A stretch of DNA of 12,226 nt from Octopus sinensis. Lineage: Eukaryota. The stretch lies in the NCBI RefSeq assembly GCF_006345805.1, contig NW_021826607.1:1-12226 (forward strand), in the 5' to 3' direction. Numbering within the stretch: position 1 is the stretch's first letter; every line of letters begins with the position of its first letter. The notes below the pieces were generated by a model. It did not search any database. It saw only the letters and a list, made by a program, of their open reading frames with translations, and had not been told where the DNA came from. Position numbers and translations under genes: made by a program. This document shows, one piece after another, positions 1-8,850 of this stretch.

Positions 1-792
1 ATGTAGTATATAAGATAATATATATATTATCTCTTGTAACTCTCTTTGATATATATTTGATTTCCTCCTCTTCCTTCACCCAACTACCAATACTAGTCCT
101 GATTATTGACTAATGTAATGCTTCATCCAAAATTAAAATTTGTATTATTTAATTACTCTATCTGAAGAATTTCTAATAAGAAATTCTTTACATATGTCAA
201 ACATTTACAACTCAGTTTTGCCTGTTTGCATCACCGAGACTATATATGAGGGATTCTCTAGTTGTGAACAACAAATGAGGGTTTAGTAAAATATAGCGGT
301 AATCATATTCTATGGACAAAAATGTGTCTCTTGAGACTTGCTAGTGCCTTGCAGACCTTTTGGCAAAGGGAAGGAGTTGCGGACTCAGTTTGGTCGCAGT
401 CTAATAACCGAAAGGAATGAAAGACAAAAGAAGCCCTCCTACTGGTAAAGTATTCCTAAAACTTATAAGGATAACCTTATAAGGTCATCGATATAAAACT
501 TTATTAACCAAAACTCAGATTGAACTGTTCCTCGATTGGTAGTTTCATAAAAAGAATAATGTCCTTAATTAGGAATATCACACTTAAAAGAATTATTGTA
601 ACACTAACAATAGTAACACACAAACTTGTAATTGCTTCGCATAAAATTTTATCCGGTCATGACAAATTCTTCATTAAAATTACCATTTATTCAGTGTCTA
701 TTTAATTCTAATCTTCATTTCTTCCAAATAGTCTTATTCATAGGTTTGACAACGAGCCCATTTAAACTAAGATTCAACCGGCATAATTAGTC

Positions 793-1260
793 TTACTCAC
801 TCACAAGCTCGCTTGCATTTAACCTAGTCTTTGTGAATGTGAGAACAGAGGTTCTGAACCCTGAAAACGTGGCCAAAATATCGCAGTTTTTGTCACCTGA
901 CAATCCTCACCAACTTTTGTTCTGATCCCATCTTCCTCTAAACTGAATCGTTCATTGATCTTCAAGCCACCCAAGTGATCTCCAGAGCCTGCCTGTGGTA
1001 TATCCGAAGCCACCCTTAGGATCCATACTTTGCACCCATACAACGCTATTGGCCAGACCAGGGATTTTGGAAGTCCCAACTTGTTTCTTTTCCAGAGGAT
1101 GCATAACGTATTGAGTGACATCAGAGTTGATCTTCCTGTACTATGTCTTGTCCTGATTTCCTAGCTGCAGTCTACTGCTCGGTCAACTATGGAACCCAGA
1201 TACTTGAAATTGTCGACCTGCGCTGGTTTCATGTCCGATAGTGGCCGCTTGTGATTTTGA
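793..1260 (-). mobile_element. RTE-clade non-LTR retrotransposon (LINE) 3' fragment, decayed RT C-terminal region
   Basis: Minus-strand translation from 1220 gives QVDNFKYLGSIV..CS*EIRTR..KSLVWPIALYGCKVWIL (in-frame TAG at 1163-1161). After a frameshift, KLRYFGHVFR follows at 889-860. These match the RTE ORF motifs FxYLGS, EIxxRI, LYGCExW and LxYFGHVxR. Boundaries are approximate. Confidence 0.85.
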
Positions 1261-1439
1261 TTACTTTAATGCTGATATCTAGTTGAAATCCACAAGACAT
1301 TCGCCAAACTTTGTCAGTCAATCTTACTATCATTTAGCGACAATGAATGACAGGAGGACATAATTCTTAGAATCGAAAATATATTTCAAAGAATTCAGAT
1401 GCTGGCAAAAAATTCTTAGTTTATTGGCTGCAAGATATA

Positions 1440-1663
1440 CGAGGCGGTGCTGAAAAGTTCCTGATTTTGGGTAAAAGAACATACAGGAGGATCAGTGAAT
1501 TAGTTAATTATGATTTTATTCAACATATTCCCCTTTCAGATTCACACACTTATTGTAACAGTCCTTCACGTTTTCTAAGCCCTACAAAAGAATACGGAAG
1601 GTTGGGTCTCCAAACAGGCCTTTCGCGATACCCTTAAAGCCAGGAACTTTTTAGCACCTTTTG
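1440..1663 (-). mobile_element. Mariner-derived MITE / internally deleted mariner (224 bp)
   Basis: Imperfect TIRs CGAGGCGGTGCTGAAAAGTTCCTG (1440-1463) and CAGGAACTTTTTAGCACCTTTTG (1641-1663), flanked by TA at 1438-1439 and 1664-1665. Minus strand 1563-1516 reads DCYNKCVNLKGEYVE*, a mariner transposase C-terminus. Confidence 0.85.
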
Positions 1664-1833
1664 TATATTGTTTATGTGTTGTTCATGACGATATCAACAC
1701 GCTATTCAAAAACGTTCCACCGCCAACAACAACGAAGGTGAGTAGTAATACAGAAACAACTTTAATAATAATTTCTGTCAGAGCCGCCATGATCAGAATT
1801 GTTTATAGCGAGAGAATTAAAATCGACTTAATC

Positions 1834-1912
1834 GACTGGTACTTATTTTATCGACCCCCGCCGGAAGGATGAAAGATAAAGTCAATCTTGGTGGAAGTTG
1901 AACTCAGAACGT
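1834..1912 (-). mobile_element. tRNA-derived SINE fragment (same family as the copy at 9256-9555)
   Basis: GACTGGTACTTATTTTATCGACCCC..GAAGGATGAAAGATAAAGTCAATCTTGGTGGAAGTTGAACTCAGAACGTAA aligns by eye to about 9338-9413 and contains the reverse complement of a B-box-like motif. An A-run follows at 1913-1928. Confidence 0.85.
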
Positions 1913-2080
1913 AAAAAAAAAAAAAAAATTATAATTAGAATAATAAGTAAATAAATAAGGCGGATTTCCTCAGCTTCCGGTGTCGATTTAAACAGAAGCT
2001 ATGTACTTATAGACATTGGCGGACGGGTAGGGAGAATTTAGGGAGGAGGGGGAGGATGAAGAGAGCACACGACATACGAT

Positions 2081-2150
2081 AGAAGAAGAAGAAGAAGAAG
2101 AAGAAGAAGAAGAAGAAGAAGGAGAAGAAGAAGAAGAAGAAGAAGAAGAA
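2081..2150 (+). repeat. (GAA)n microsatellite / polypurine tract
   Basis: Direct reading; one GGA interruption near 2121. Confidence 0.97.
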
Positions 2151-2506
2151 AGGGAGGGATTGAAGAAAGTATGCTATTGTGTTGCGTATATATGTATGCA
2201 TACATGGGTGTACGTATTTATGCATATATATATATACACACACAGTTGTGTTTTCTGATCATGTCCGTTCATGTGGATTGAGAAGATCTAATTGACCTGA
2301 ATAATGTCGCTACATCCGGCCACATCCGGTTCCGGGCGTTTTTTAATGTTATTATTTTTTTTATTTTTAATTCCATATAAGGAAGAAGCGGGTTAGGAGA
2401 GGAGATGATGGCGGCGGTGCAAGGGGGGTAAAATGAAGTATTAACATGAAAAGAATAGAAGGAAACTATGGTGTAGACGACGGTAGTGGTAATAGAAAAG
2501 AAAAGT

Positions 2507-2532
2507 TACTACTACTACTACTACTGCTGCTG

Positions 2533-2571
<39 letters not shown>

Positions 2572-2690
2572 GTAGTAGTAGTAGTAGTAGTAGTAGCAGC
2601 AGCAATATAGTAGTTTTAGTTGTAGTGGTAGTAGTGGTTGCAGAGGTAGCAGCAGTAGCAGCAGCAGCAGTAGTAGTAGTAGTAGTAGTC

Positions 2691-2723
<33 letters not shown>

Positions 2724-2770
2724 ATAGCGGAAGCAGCAGCAGTAGTAGTATTAGTAGTAGTAGTAGTAGT
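2507..2770. repeat. (CTA)n followed by (GTA)n/(GCA)n trinucleotide array
   Basis: Direct reading; the array switches to its reverse-complement motif at 2570/2571. Confidence 0.95.
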
Positions 2771-2789
2771 GAAGAAGAACTATGTAGAA

Positions 2790-2968
2790 AGCAGTTGATT
2801 TAGAGCGTCGAATAAAATGTCTTGTGTTATTGTGGTATTGACAAAATGTCTTGTGGTATTGAGTTCCGACCCATTACGTTATGATTTCAAATTCCGCCGA
2901 AGTCAATTTTGCCTCTCATCTTTCCAGAGTTGATAAAATAAAGTACCAGTCAAGTTTTGCAGTCGATT
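2790..2968 (+). mobile_element. Degenerate tRNA-derived SINE copy, opposite orientation to 1834-1912 and 9256-9555
   Basis: TTACGTTATGATTTCAAATTCCGCCGAAGTCAATTTTGCCTCTCATCTTT..GATAAAATAAAGTACCAGT is a reverse-complement homologue of about 9338-9413. It has an internal duplication AAAATGTCTTGTG(T/G)TATTG at 2814-2832 and 2843-2861. Confidence 0.8.
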
Positions 2969-3244
2969 CTCTATAATGCATCCTAGATGTGAATGAAATT
3001 ACAATTGAAGACTAAAAGTTGAAAGCGAATAGCAAACAGAAAGAAGAGAAAGAAAAGAAGAATTAAAATGGTTAAAAACAGACGACAAAAATGAATGAAA
3101 ATATACAGACATACGCACCAGTAAACTGGAAATGAATTGTATGCAATTATTCTAGATCGTCTGTCAAGCATCAGTGAGATTGATCTCTTTGAAATTCCCG
3201 AGGAAAAATTTGGGCATGAGTCGGCAAAGTTAAAATTAATTCGC

Positions 3245-3890
3245 TTATTTTATTATTTATTTATTTCTTCATTTATTTAAGATGGGGGCAGGTTAGCAGG
3301 TAATCTGGAGCTTCTTTGAAAGACAGAGGACGCATCATTTTGATCCGTTCTTAAATGACGGACTTAGCAATGGTTTTTACAAGTGGCAAACAGTTTACCC
3401 TATTTTGCAATAGGATAAATTGTAGTGCTGGCGCAGGCAACTCTTGTAGAAGTGCTCTGTAAGCTCTATAAGGCATCTGTTTTTTTTTTATTGCTATATG
3501 TGTTGTCAGTGGGAACATGAGTACGGTTTACAAATTTTCTCTTGGAATTTTCTCTTGAAATGGTTTTTACAAGCGGCAAACAGTTTACCCTATTTTGCAA
3601 TAGGATAAATTGTAGTGCTGGCGCAGGCAACTCTTGTAGAAGTGTTCTGTAAGCTCTATGAGGCATCTGTTTTTTTTTATTTGCTTGATGTGTTGTCAGT
3701 GGGAACATGAGTACGGTTTACAAATTTTCTCTTGGAATTTTCTCTTGAAGGGGTTAAGGCAAACATCTATATTTTGGCAATTGCATGGCGAAAGTCGTAC
3801 TCAGATTTCTGTTGATTTCGACGATGAGTTTTCATTTTCTTTTTTTATCAATTGAACTTGCGTTTTAAATAACGTTTCAGTGGCTGAATA
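3245..3890 (-). mobile_element. Possible very decayed LINE (CR1/L2/Jockey-like) 3' end
   Basis: Minus strand ends in a (TAAA)n tail (3245-3278). Just upstream it reads NRVNCLPLVKTIAKSVI*ERIK, loosely like the WNxLP..S..FK..L terminal motif of these RTs. Weak similarity only. Confidence 0.25.
3371..3749 (+). repeat. Two-copy tandem duplication, 190-bp period
   Basis: TGGTTTTTACAAG..TTTTCTCTTGAA at 3371-3559 and 3561-3749; the copies differ by only a few substitutions and small indels near a T-run. Confidence 0.97.
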
Positions 3891-3901
3891 TTCCACACAT
3901 A

Positions 3902-4761
3902 CGAGGTGGTATCAACAATTTCCCATACTAGTTATGTTTTAAAAAAAAAAAATTGTTTACTTAAGTTTTGATATCACCTCCTTCGAAATACTCACCTTGC
4001 GCAACTATAGACCAATCCTCGCGTTTCTGCCAGTTTTGGAATCCGGCTGGAGTCGTTTTCTGTAAGCGAATCGAGGACCTTTTGCGATTCGCTCTGGATC
4101 TCAACAACAGCGTGAAAACGGTGACCTTTGTGCTGTATTTTCATCTTGGGGAAGAGATGGAAGTCCGCAGGTGCTAAATCTGGAGAATAGGGTGGGTGCG
4201 GAAGCGATACCATGTTGGTTTGGGGGAGAGTGAGAAGAGTTCGGTGACAGAGTGCATTGTCGCCGTGAAAAATCCAATTCTTCGCGCTCCACAAATCCGG
4301 TCGCTTTCGCCGAATGTCTGCTCTCAAACACTTCAAAACGTCACAGTAGGACTCTATTGACGGTCTGGTCCTGGGGGACAAATTCTCGATGCACAATACC
4401 GCAGATGCCGAAAAGCCGATGAGTATACTCTTGTCTGATTTGTGGTTCTGTCATGCGCCCGTGCCACTCGAAACATTGCATGCGACTCATTGCTTGTCAC
4501 CGTAAGTTTGTTGAAGCTTGCTCAATGTCTCTGTAGCAAACTACCCAAGTTTCACGCAAAATTTCACGTCGGATCTTTGTTCCAACTTCTTGTCTATGCT
4601 AAAAATCGCAGACTACAGTATACACGTGATCTCAAAAACAGATGTCACTCGGCATACTGCCTCATGGAAGTCACTGCTAGCTCTCACTGCGGGCGCAACC
4701 GTGTGCTGCCACCAGTTGGCACGCTATAGAACTAGTCCGGGAACTTTTTGATACCACCTCG
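3902..4761 (-). mobile_element. Tc1/mariner (mariner family) DNA transposon, internally deleted, non-autonomous (860 bp)
   Basis: About 32-bp TIRs: CGAGGTGGTATCAACAATTTCCCATACTAGTT versus the reverse complement of the right end, CGAGGTGGTATCAAAAAGTTCCCGGACTAGTT. TA duplications at 3900-3901 and 4762-4763. Transposase motifs lie inside. Confidence 0.95.
3961..4597 (-). pseudogene. Mariner transposase pseudogene (frameshifts, stop codon, internal deletion)
   Basis: N-terminal (I)DKKLEQRSDVKFCVKLG*FATETL..MSRMQCFEWHGR (first HTH) is joined to GIVHREFVPQDQTVN, then WIFHGDNALCH..HPPYSPDLAPADFHLFPKMK (ORF 3992-4396). The frameshifted end WQKREDWSIVAQGEYFEGGDIKT* stops at 3963-3961. Confidence 0.93.
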
Positions 4762-4842
4762 TATGTGTGATTTTCCCATAATCCCCAGACAGAATCAGAA
4801 TAATAAAACCAGACCTTTCAACTAGAGATAAAATCCATCAAA

Positions 4843-4998
4843 TGGGCTTCCTCTCATTCTCCGTCTCCCAAGTCTCTCTCATAAGGTTTGTGTCGACTCG
4901 AGTCTATCGTAAAAGTCATTTGTTTAAGATATTGTGCAGTTCGATCGAACCCAGAGTCTCATGCTTGTGAAGCGAACTTCTTAACCGTTCGGCCATGC
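4843..4998 (-). mobile_element. Degenerate tRNA-derived SINE head/body of a second family
   Basis: Minus strand begins GCATGGCCGAACGGTTAAGAAGTTCGCTTCACAAGCATGAGACTCTGGGTTCGATCGAAC, a tRNA-like head with A-box-like TGGCCGAACGG and B-box-like GGTTCGATC. The body resembles octopus SINEs from recall. Confidence 0.65.
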
Positions 4999-5067
4999 TG
5001 TGACCATAACGTATCTATGGTGGTAATTGTTGTTGTGGTGATGATTATAGTGGTTGTTGTTGATGTA

Positions 5068-5347
5068 TTGGGTTGTCCGGAAAGTTCGTGCCGATTTTTA
5101 AAGGAAAGAAAAAGGTCAATAAATACTTGCTATTACATTTTCAGTCAACCAAATATGAACCATTTGGTTGTACAATGTGTCTCCATCTTTCCTTTAACTT
5201 GAAAATATTTTTCGGTGTATTTTTCGTTTGTCACTTTAACTTGAAAATACCCTCTTCTCAGAATTGAGGTGGTTTCATGGCAAAGAAGTCATCAAGGTAT
5301 CTTTTTACGTCATCCAGGGAATTGAAATTTTTACCATTAAGACTATT
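5068..5347 (-). mobile_element. Truncated mariner element of another subfamily: one TIR plus transposase C-terminus
   Basis: TA (5066-5067) followed by TIR-like TTGGGTTGTCCGGAAAGTTCGTGCCGATTT. After removing a 42-bp insertion, the minus strand reads SLNGKNFNSLDDVKRYLDDFFAMKPPQF*EEGIFKLKERWRHIVQPNGSYLVD*, a typical mariner C-terminus. No partner TIR seen. Confidence 0.85.
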
Positions 5348-5349
5348 GA

Positions 5350-5484
5350 GGTGGTTGCAATGGTGTTTGTATTTCATATAGACGTAGTAGCTGTGGTTGT
5401 AACTGTGGTGGTGGTTGTGATGATATTCGTAGTGGTGATGTTGCTTAGTCTTCTACTGGTAATTGTAATAGTAGTAGTAGTGGT

Positions 5485-5523
<39 letters not shown>

Positions 5524-5777
5524 TGTAGTGGTGGTGGTGGTGGTGGTGGTGGTGGTTAATATCGTGTTAATGATAGTGATAGTGATGATGGGAGTTGCTA
5601 TGGTGTTGCTTGATGCGATAGAGGTGGGGGTAGTATGGTATTTGTTATGGCGATGATGATGGTGGAAGCGGAGGGCTTGAAGTGAAAGTTATGAACGGGA
5701 TAATGTTAATGTAGGGGTTGTAGCAGCGGTGGTGGTTGTGGCTGTAGTAGTGGTCGTGGAAATGGCGACTGTGATGA

Positions 5778-5808
<31 letters not shown>

Positions 5809-6420
5809 AAAAGTGACAGTGGTTGATGCGGTAGTGGTTGTAGTGGTGGTGGTAGTTACAGAGATTGCTATAGTGCTGTGATAGTTGTGGCGGCGGTGGT
5901 TTTATTGTTGGTGGTAGTTGCAACGGTGGTATTGACGATGGTAAGGGACGTAGTGGTGGTGTTGGCAACGGTGATGGTTGTCGTGGTCGTGGTGACAGTG
6001 ATGATAATGGTGGCTGTAATTGTGATAGTAGGGCGGGTGGTGGTGGGTGGTGGTGGTGGTGGTAGTGGTTGTGGTGGTGGTTGTGGTGGTGGTGGTGGTG
6101 GTGGTGGTGGTGGCGGCTGCGGCAGTGATATTGACGATAGTGATGGAGACGGTTGTGGTGGTGGTGGTGGTGGTGGTGGTGTTCTTGGTCGTGGCAGCGG
6201 CGGTGGTGGTGGTATTGGTGGTACTGGTGGTGGTGATAAAGTTAGTAGTAATTGTGATAGTAGTGCTGATGATAGCAGAGCTGGCGGTGGTGGCGGCAGT
6301 GGTGGTGGCGGCAGTGGTGGTGGCGTCAGTGGTGGTGGCGGTTGTAGTGGTGGTGGTGGCAGTGGTGGTGGCGGCAGTGGTGATGGCGGTACCGGTGGCG
6401 GCGGCGACAGTGGGGTGTTG
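5350..6420 (+). repeat. Degenerate GTN/GGT/GAT/GCA trinucleotide low-complexity tract
   Basis: Runs of (GTG)n, (GTA)n, (GCA)n, (GAT)n and (GGC)n. These explain the poly-Val/Gly/Pro/His ORFs. Confidence 0.93.
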
Positions 6421-6589
6421 GTGAAGTTTAAGCCTTTTAGCTGGATTAACGATATTATCTTTATATGAACGTTTTCATCTTCTCCTCCATCAACTGTATT
6501 AGGTTTCAAACGTAGATTTTTCTGCCGAATCAGCAAATTTGTGACCTTTTGGTTAATGAATATTGGTAGCAAATCTAGAGGGTGGAAAT

Positions 6590-7060
6590 TAGAAATAAAT
6601 AAATAAATAAAAACAAATAAAATATTCATTATTGGCCACAAGGACTGAAAGTAAAAAAAAACATTTAGGGCAACACAGAGGCAAAGGACACGTGTAAATA
6701 AAGCAATAACATGAAAAATGAAAACAACGAAATTTTGCAATAGGAGGGTACTAATCAGAGCCAACCAAGAAGCCCCATCGATCCTGGATCGCTTCAACAG
6801 CTAACGGCATCACAGGGAGGGGCCCCTCTCCAATCCTTTCTCTTTAGTCAGCAGGTAGAAGCTCAGAGCAAGCCTACCCATTTCAACAGATTTACTAAGG
6901 AGGTGTAACTTACACTCCAATTGCATCTTCCTTTTTAAGTGAAATTTAAACAAGTCGATGGTGTCTTGAGCGAAGAGAGAAATGTCTTCTGTCTTCTTTA
7001 GTCCTTTCAGTCTCGTCCACGTGCGGCTCTTTCGTTACAGCCACCAGAAGAAAAGCAAAA
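6590..7060 (-). mobile_element. Probable L1/Tx1-type LINE 3' end (ORF2 C-terminus plus 3' UTR)
   Basis: Minus strand reads FLLVAVTKE, then (frameshift) WTRLKGLKKTEDISLFAQDTIDLFKFHLKRKMQLE, resembling from recall the K..IW..R C-terminal segment of Tx1-like ORF2s. A T-rich UTR follows, ending CCTTGTGGCCAATAATGAAT plus (TTTA)n. Clade assignment unverified. Confidence 0.5.
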
Positions 7061-7266
7061 CAATAAGTGTATCAGGTTTTGGTACAAGGAAAAAATGAGA
7101 AGAAGGCAAACTAAGAAATGCAATCCCGGCGAAAAAGTCACGTACATTCTGTCCGTTAACTGAAGTTTGGATGGTGGTATAAATGGAAAAGGAAATGGAA
7201 GGTGAGACGTATGTTTGTGCGTGTGTTAGTGAGTGCGTGAGAGACTGCATGTGTGTGTATATGTTT

Positions 7267-7300
7267 ATATATATATATATATATATATACATACCTAGAT

Positions 7301-7353
<53 letters not shown>

Positions 7354-7459
7354 GTACATGTACACTTTTGCACGTGCGTGTGGACTCAGAAATGTTTCTG
7401 TCTGTCAGGTTGTATTGTTTGCTTATGTATTGTGTGTGTGTGTGTGTGTGTGTGTTGTG
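7267..7459. repeat. Compound (TA)n/(CA)n/(TG)n dinucleotide microsatellites
   Basis: Direct reading: (TA)n at about 7267-7289, (CA)n at about 7305-7341, (TG)n at about 7432-7455. Confidence 0.95.
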
Positions 7460-7949
7460 TATCTGTGTAAGTGTATTCATGTACCTGCTGACCGTTGAAT
7501 GACCGGAAGTTAGACGGTGTGTAAAATTGGTTGTTTTGGGGGTATACGAATGGATACGAAGAGTTACATGTGTCTATTTACAAGTCAGTGTGTGAGTATA
7601 AACGTGTGTGAAAGGGGTGGGGTGAAAAGTACTTTTTCACACATTTCTCTGGTCAACTGTGTTGTGAGTTGTGTGAGTAGAATTGCATGTATCTGCCTGT
7701 GTGTGTGTGTGTTGTGTGTGTGAGTAGATGTTCCATAGGCATGTGTATTAGTGGTGTAATTATGCTGCGAAATATATTATTGAGAGTGTGTGAAGATACA
7801 GCCACTTGCGCGTGTATGTGTGTGAGGGAGGGTGCATAGTGTGTGCACAGGGAAGATGATTTTTCGGGACGTGTTAAGCTGTGTGAGTAGAGTTAGGTGT
7901 ATGTGACATGCGGAGGATAGTATATACCTGTATCTGTGTGCTTGTGAAT

Positions 7950-8770
7950 CGGAGAAGGAGGGGAGGCAAAAGATAAAATGCTGTTCTCAGTGAAGCCTAG
8001 AGTTCGCGGATGCAGTGTGCAGGACCAAGTCAAACACCGTAAGACGTTAAATTGAATGGTTTGCGGAGTAGAAAGGACAAGAGACCGAGGTCTGGTTTAC
8101 CAACCGGGTATTTGAAATCTGTTCTGTGAACCGGTCATCTAAAAGGATGCTGGTTTATTCGATATACAAGGCATTGGAGAGAAGCAATTAGATTCGGCAA
8201 TAGATGAGACTAGTGGATGTGCGGGTGAATTAATCAGAAATATGGACAGTGCGGTGGTTGGGTCCGTGGATGGAGGTGATGTTGATGAGAAACAGGCATA
8301 TATTGCAACGGAGCTAAGGACAAGGGAAGGATACAGGAAAGACATGAGAATGGGACAAAAGGATGAGTGAGAGGTTGGTAAGGTCGGGCAGAAGATAGGA
8401 AGGATAGTAATATTTTACAATAGAGGTAGGGCGAAGGGGTAGAAAATGAAAGGAAAGGGGATGCGTTTGAGTGAGAGACGGGCGCAGGGCTGAGAGCAGA
8501 AGTGCGGTCGATGAGGTGGGCTCGATCAATAGCGGTTTGCCTTAGAGTCGGGGATATCTGTATCGAATGAGAAGATGGACCGTGTGCTAAGGAATTATCA
8601 GTAACGGATGGGCCATTTGATGTGGATGAGTTTGAAGGAGGAAAAGATCGGGTGGGAGTGGGAGTCAATGGGTTTAATAAGACAGTGGGGTAAAAGACAG
8701 TGGGGTAGAGAATGTGTTGGCGGTGTTTAATGGAGCCATGTTTGAGATGCCCGAAGGGAATTCGCGGATG
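7950..8770 (-). mobile_element. Penelope-like element relic (RT C-terminal region, linker and GIY-YIG endonuclease), heavily mutated
   Basis: Minus strand 8675-8568 reads KPIDSHSHPIFSSFKLIHIKWPIRY**FLSTRSIFS (cf. KPTD..YL...S.HP...K.SIPYSQ.LR.RRICS). 8229-7951 reads FTRTSTSLIYCRI*LLLSNALYIE*TSILLDDRFTEQ..HSI*RLTVFDL..SRLH*EQHFIFCL (cf. GIY-YIG: IY.I.C....YIGET...L..RF.EH..R...E...I). A 15-bp tandem duplication lies at 8679-8707. Confidence 0.82.
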
Positions 8771-8771
8771 G

Positions 8772-8850
8772 TATGTATGTATGTATGTATGTATGTATGT
8801 ATGTATGTATGTATGTATGTATGTATGTATGTGTACATGTATGCATGCAT
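8772..8850 (+). repeat. (TATG)n tetranucleotide microsatellite
   Basis: Direct reading. Confidence 0.97.

Noticed and set aside
372-431. Resemblance to the SINE-tail-like segment at 9652-9718
   Set aside because: Too short and diverged to support by eye.
462-484. Doubled palindrome CTTATAAGG-ATAAC-CTTATAAGG
   Set aside because: Short, AT-rich and without supporting context; compatible with chance or micro-duplication.
3992-4396. Intact or domesticated (SETMAR-like) transposase CDS
   Set aside because: The ORF is a frameshift-bounded piece lacking the first catalytic Asp and the DNA-binding domain; no SET domain nearby.
4930-4998. Possible tRNA gene on the minus strand
   Set aside because: A/B-box-like motifs are present, but I could not form a full cloverleaf and the sequence continues into a SINE body.
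6262-6285. CTGATGA hammerhead-core-like motif
   Set aside because: Lies in a low-complexity tract with no properly placed GAAA or flanking helices.
5868-6797. 309-aa proline-rich ORF (formin/extensin-like) and overlapping poly-Gly/poly-Val ORFs
   Set aside because: The open frames come from GGT/GTG trinucleotide repeats lacking stops, plus a TE 3' UTR; no domain or splice evidence.
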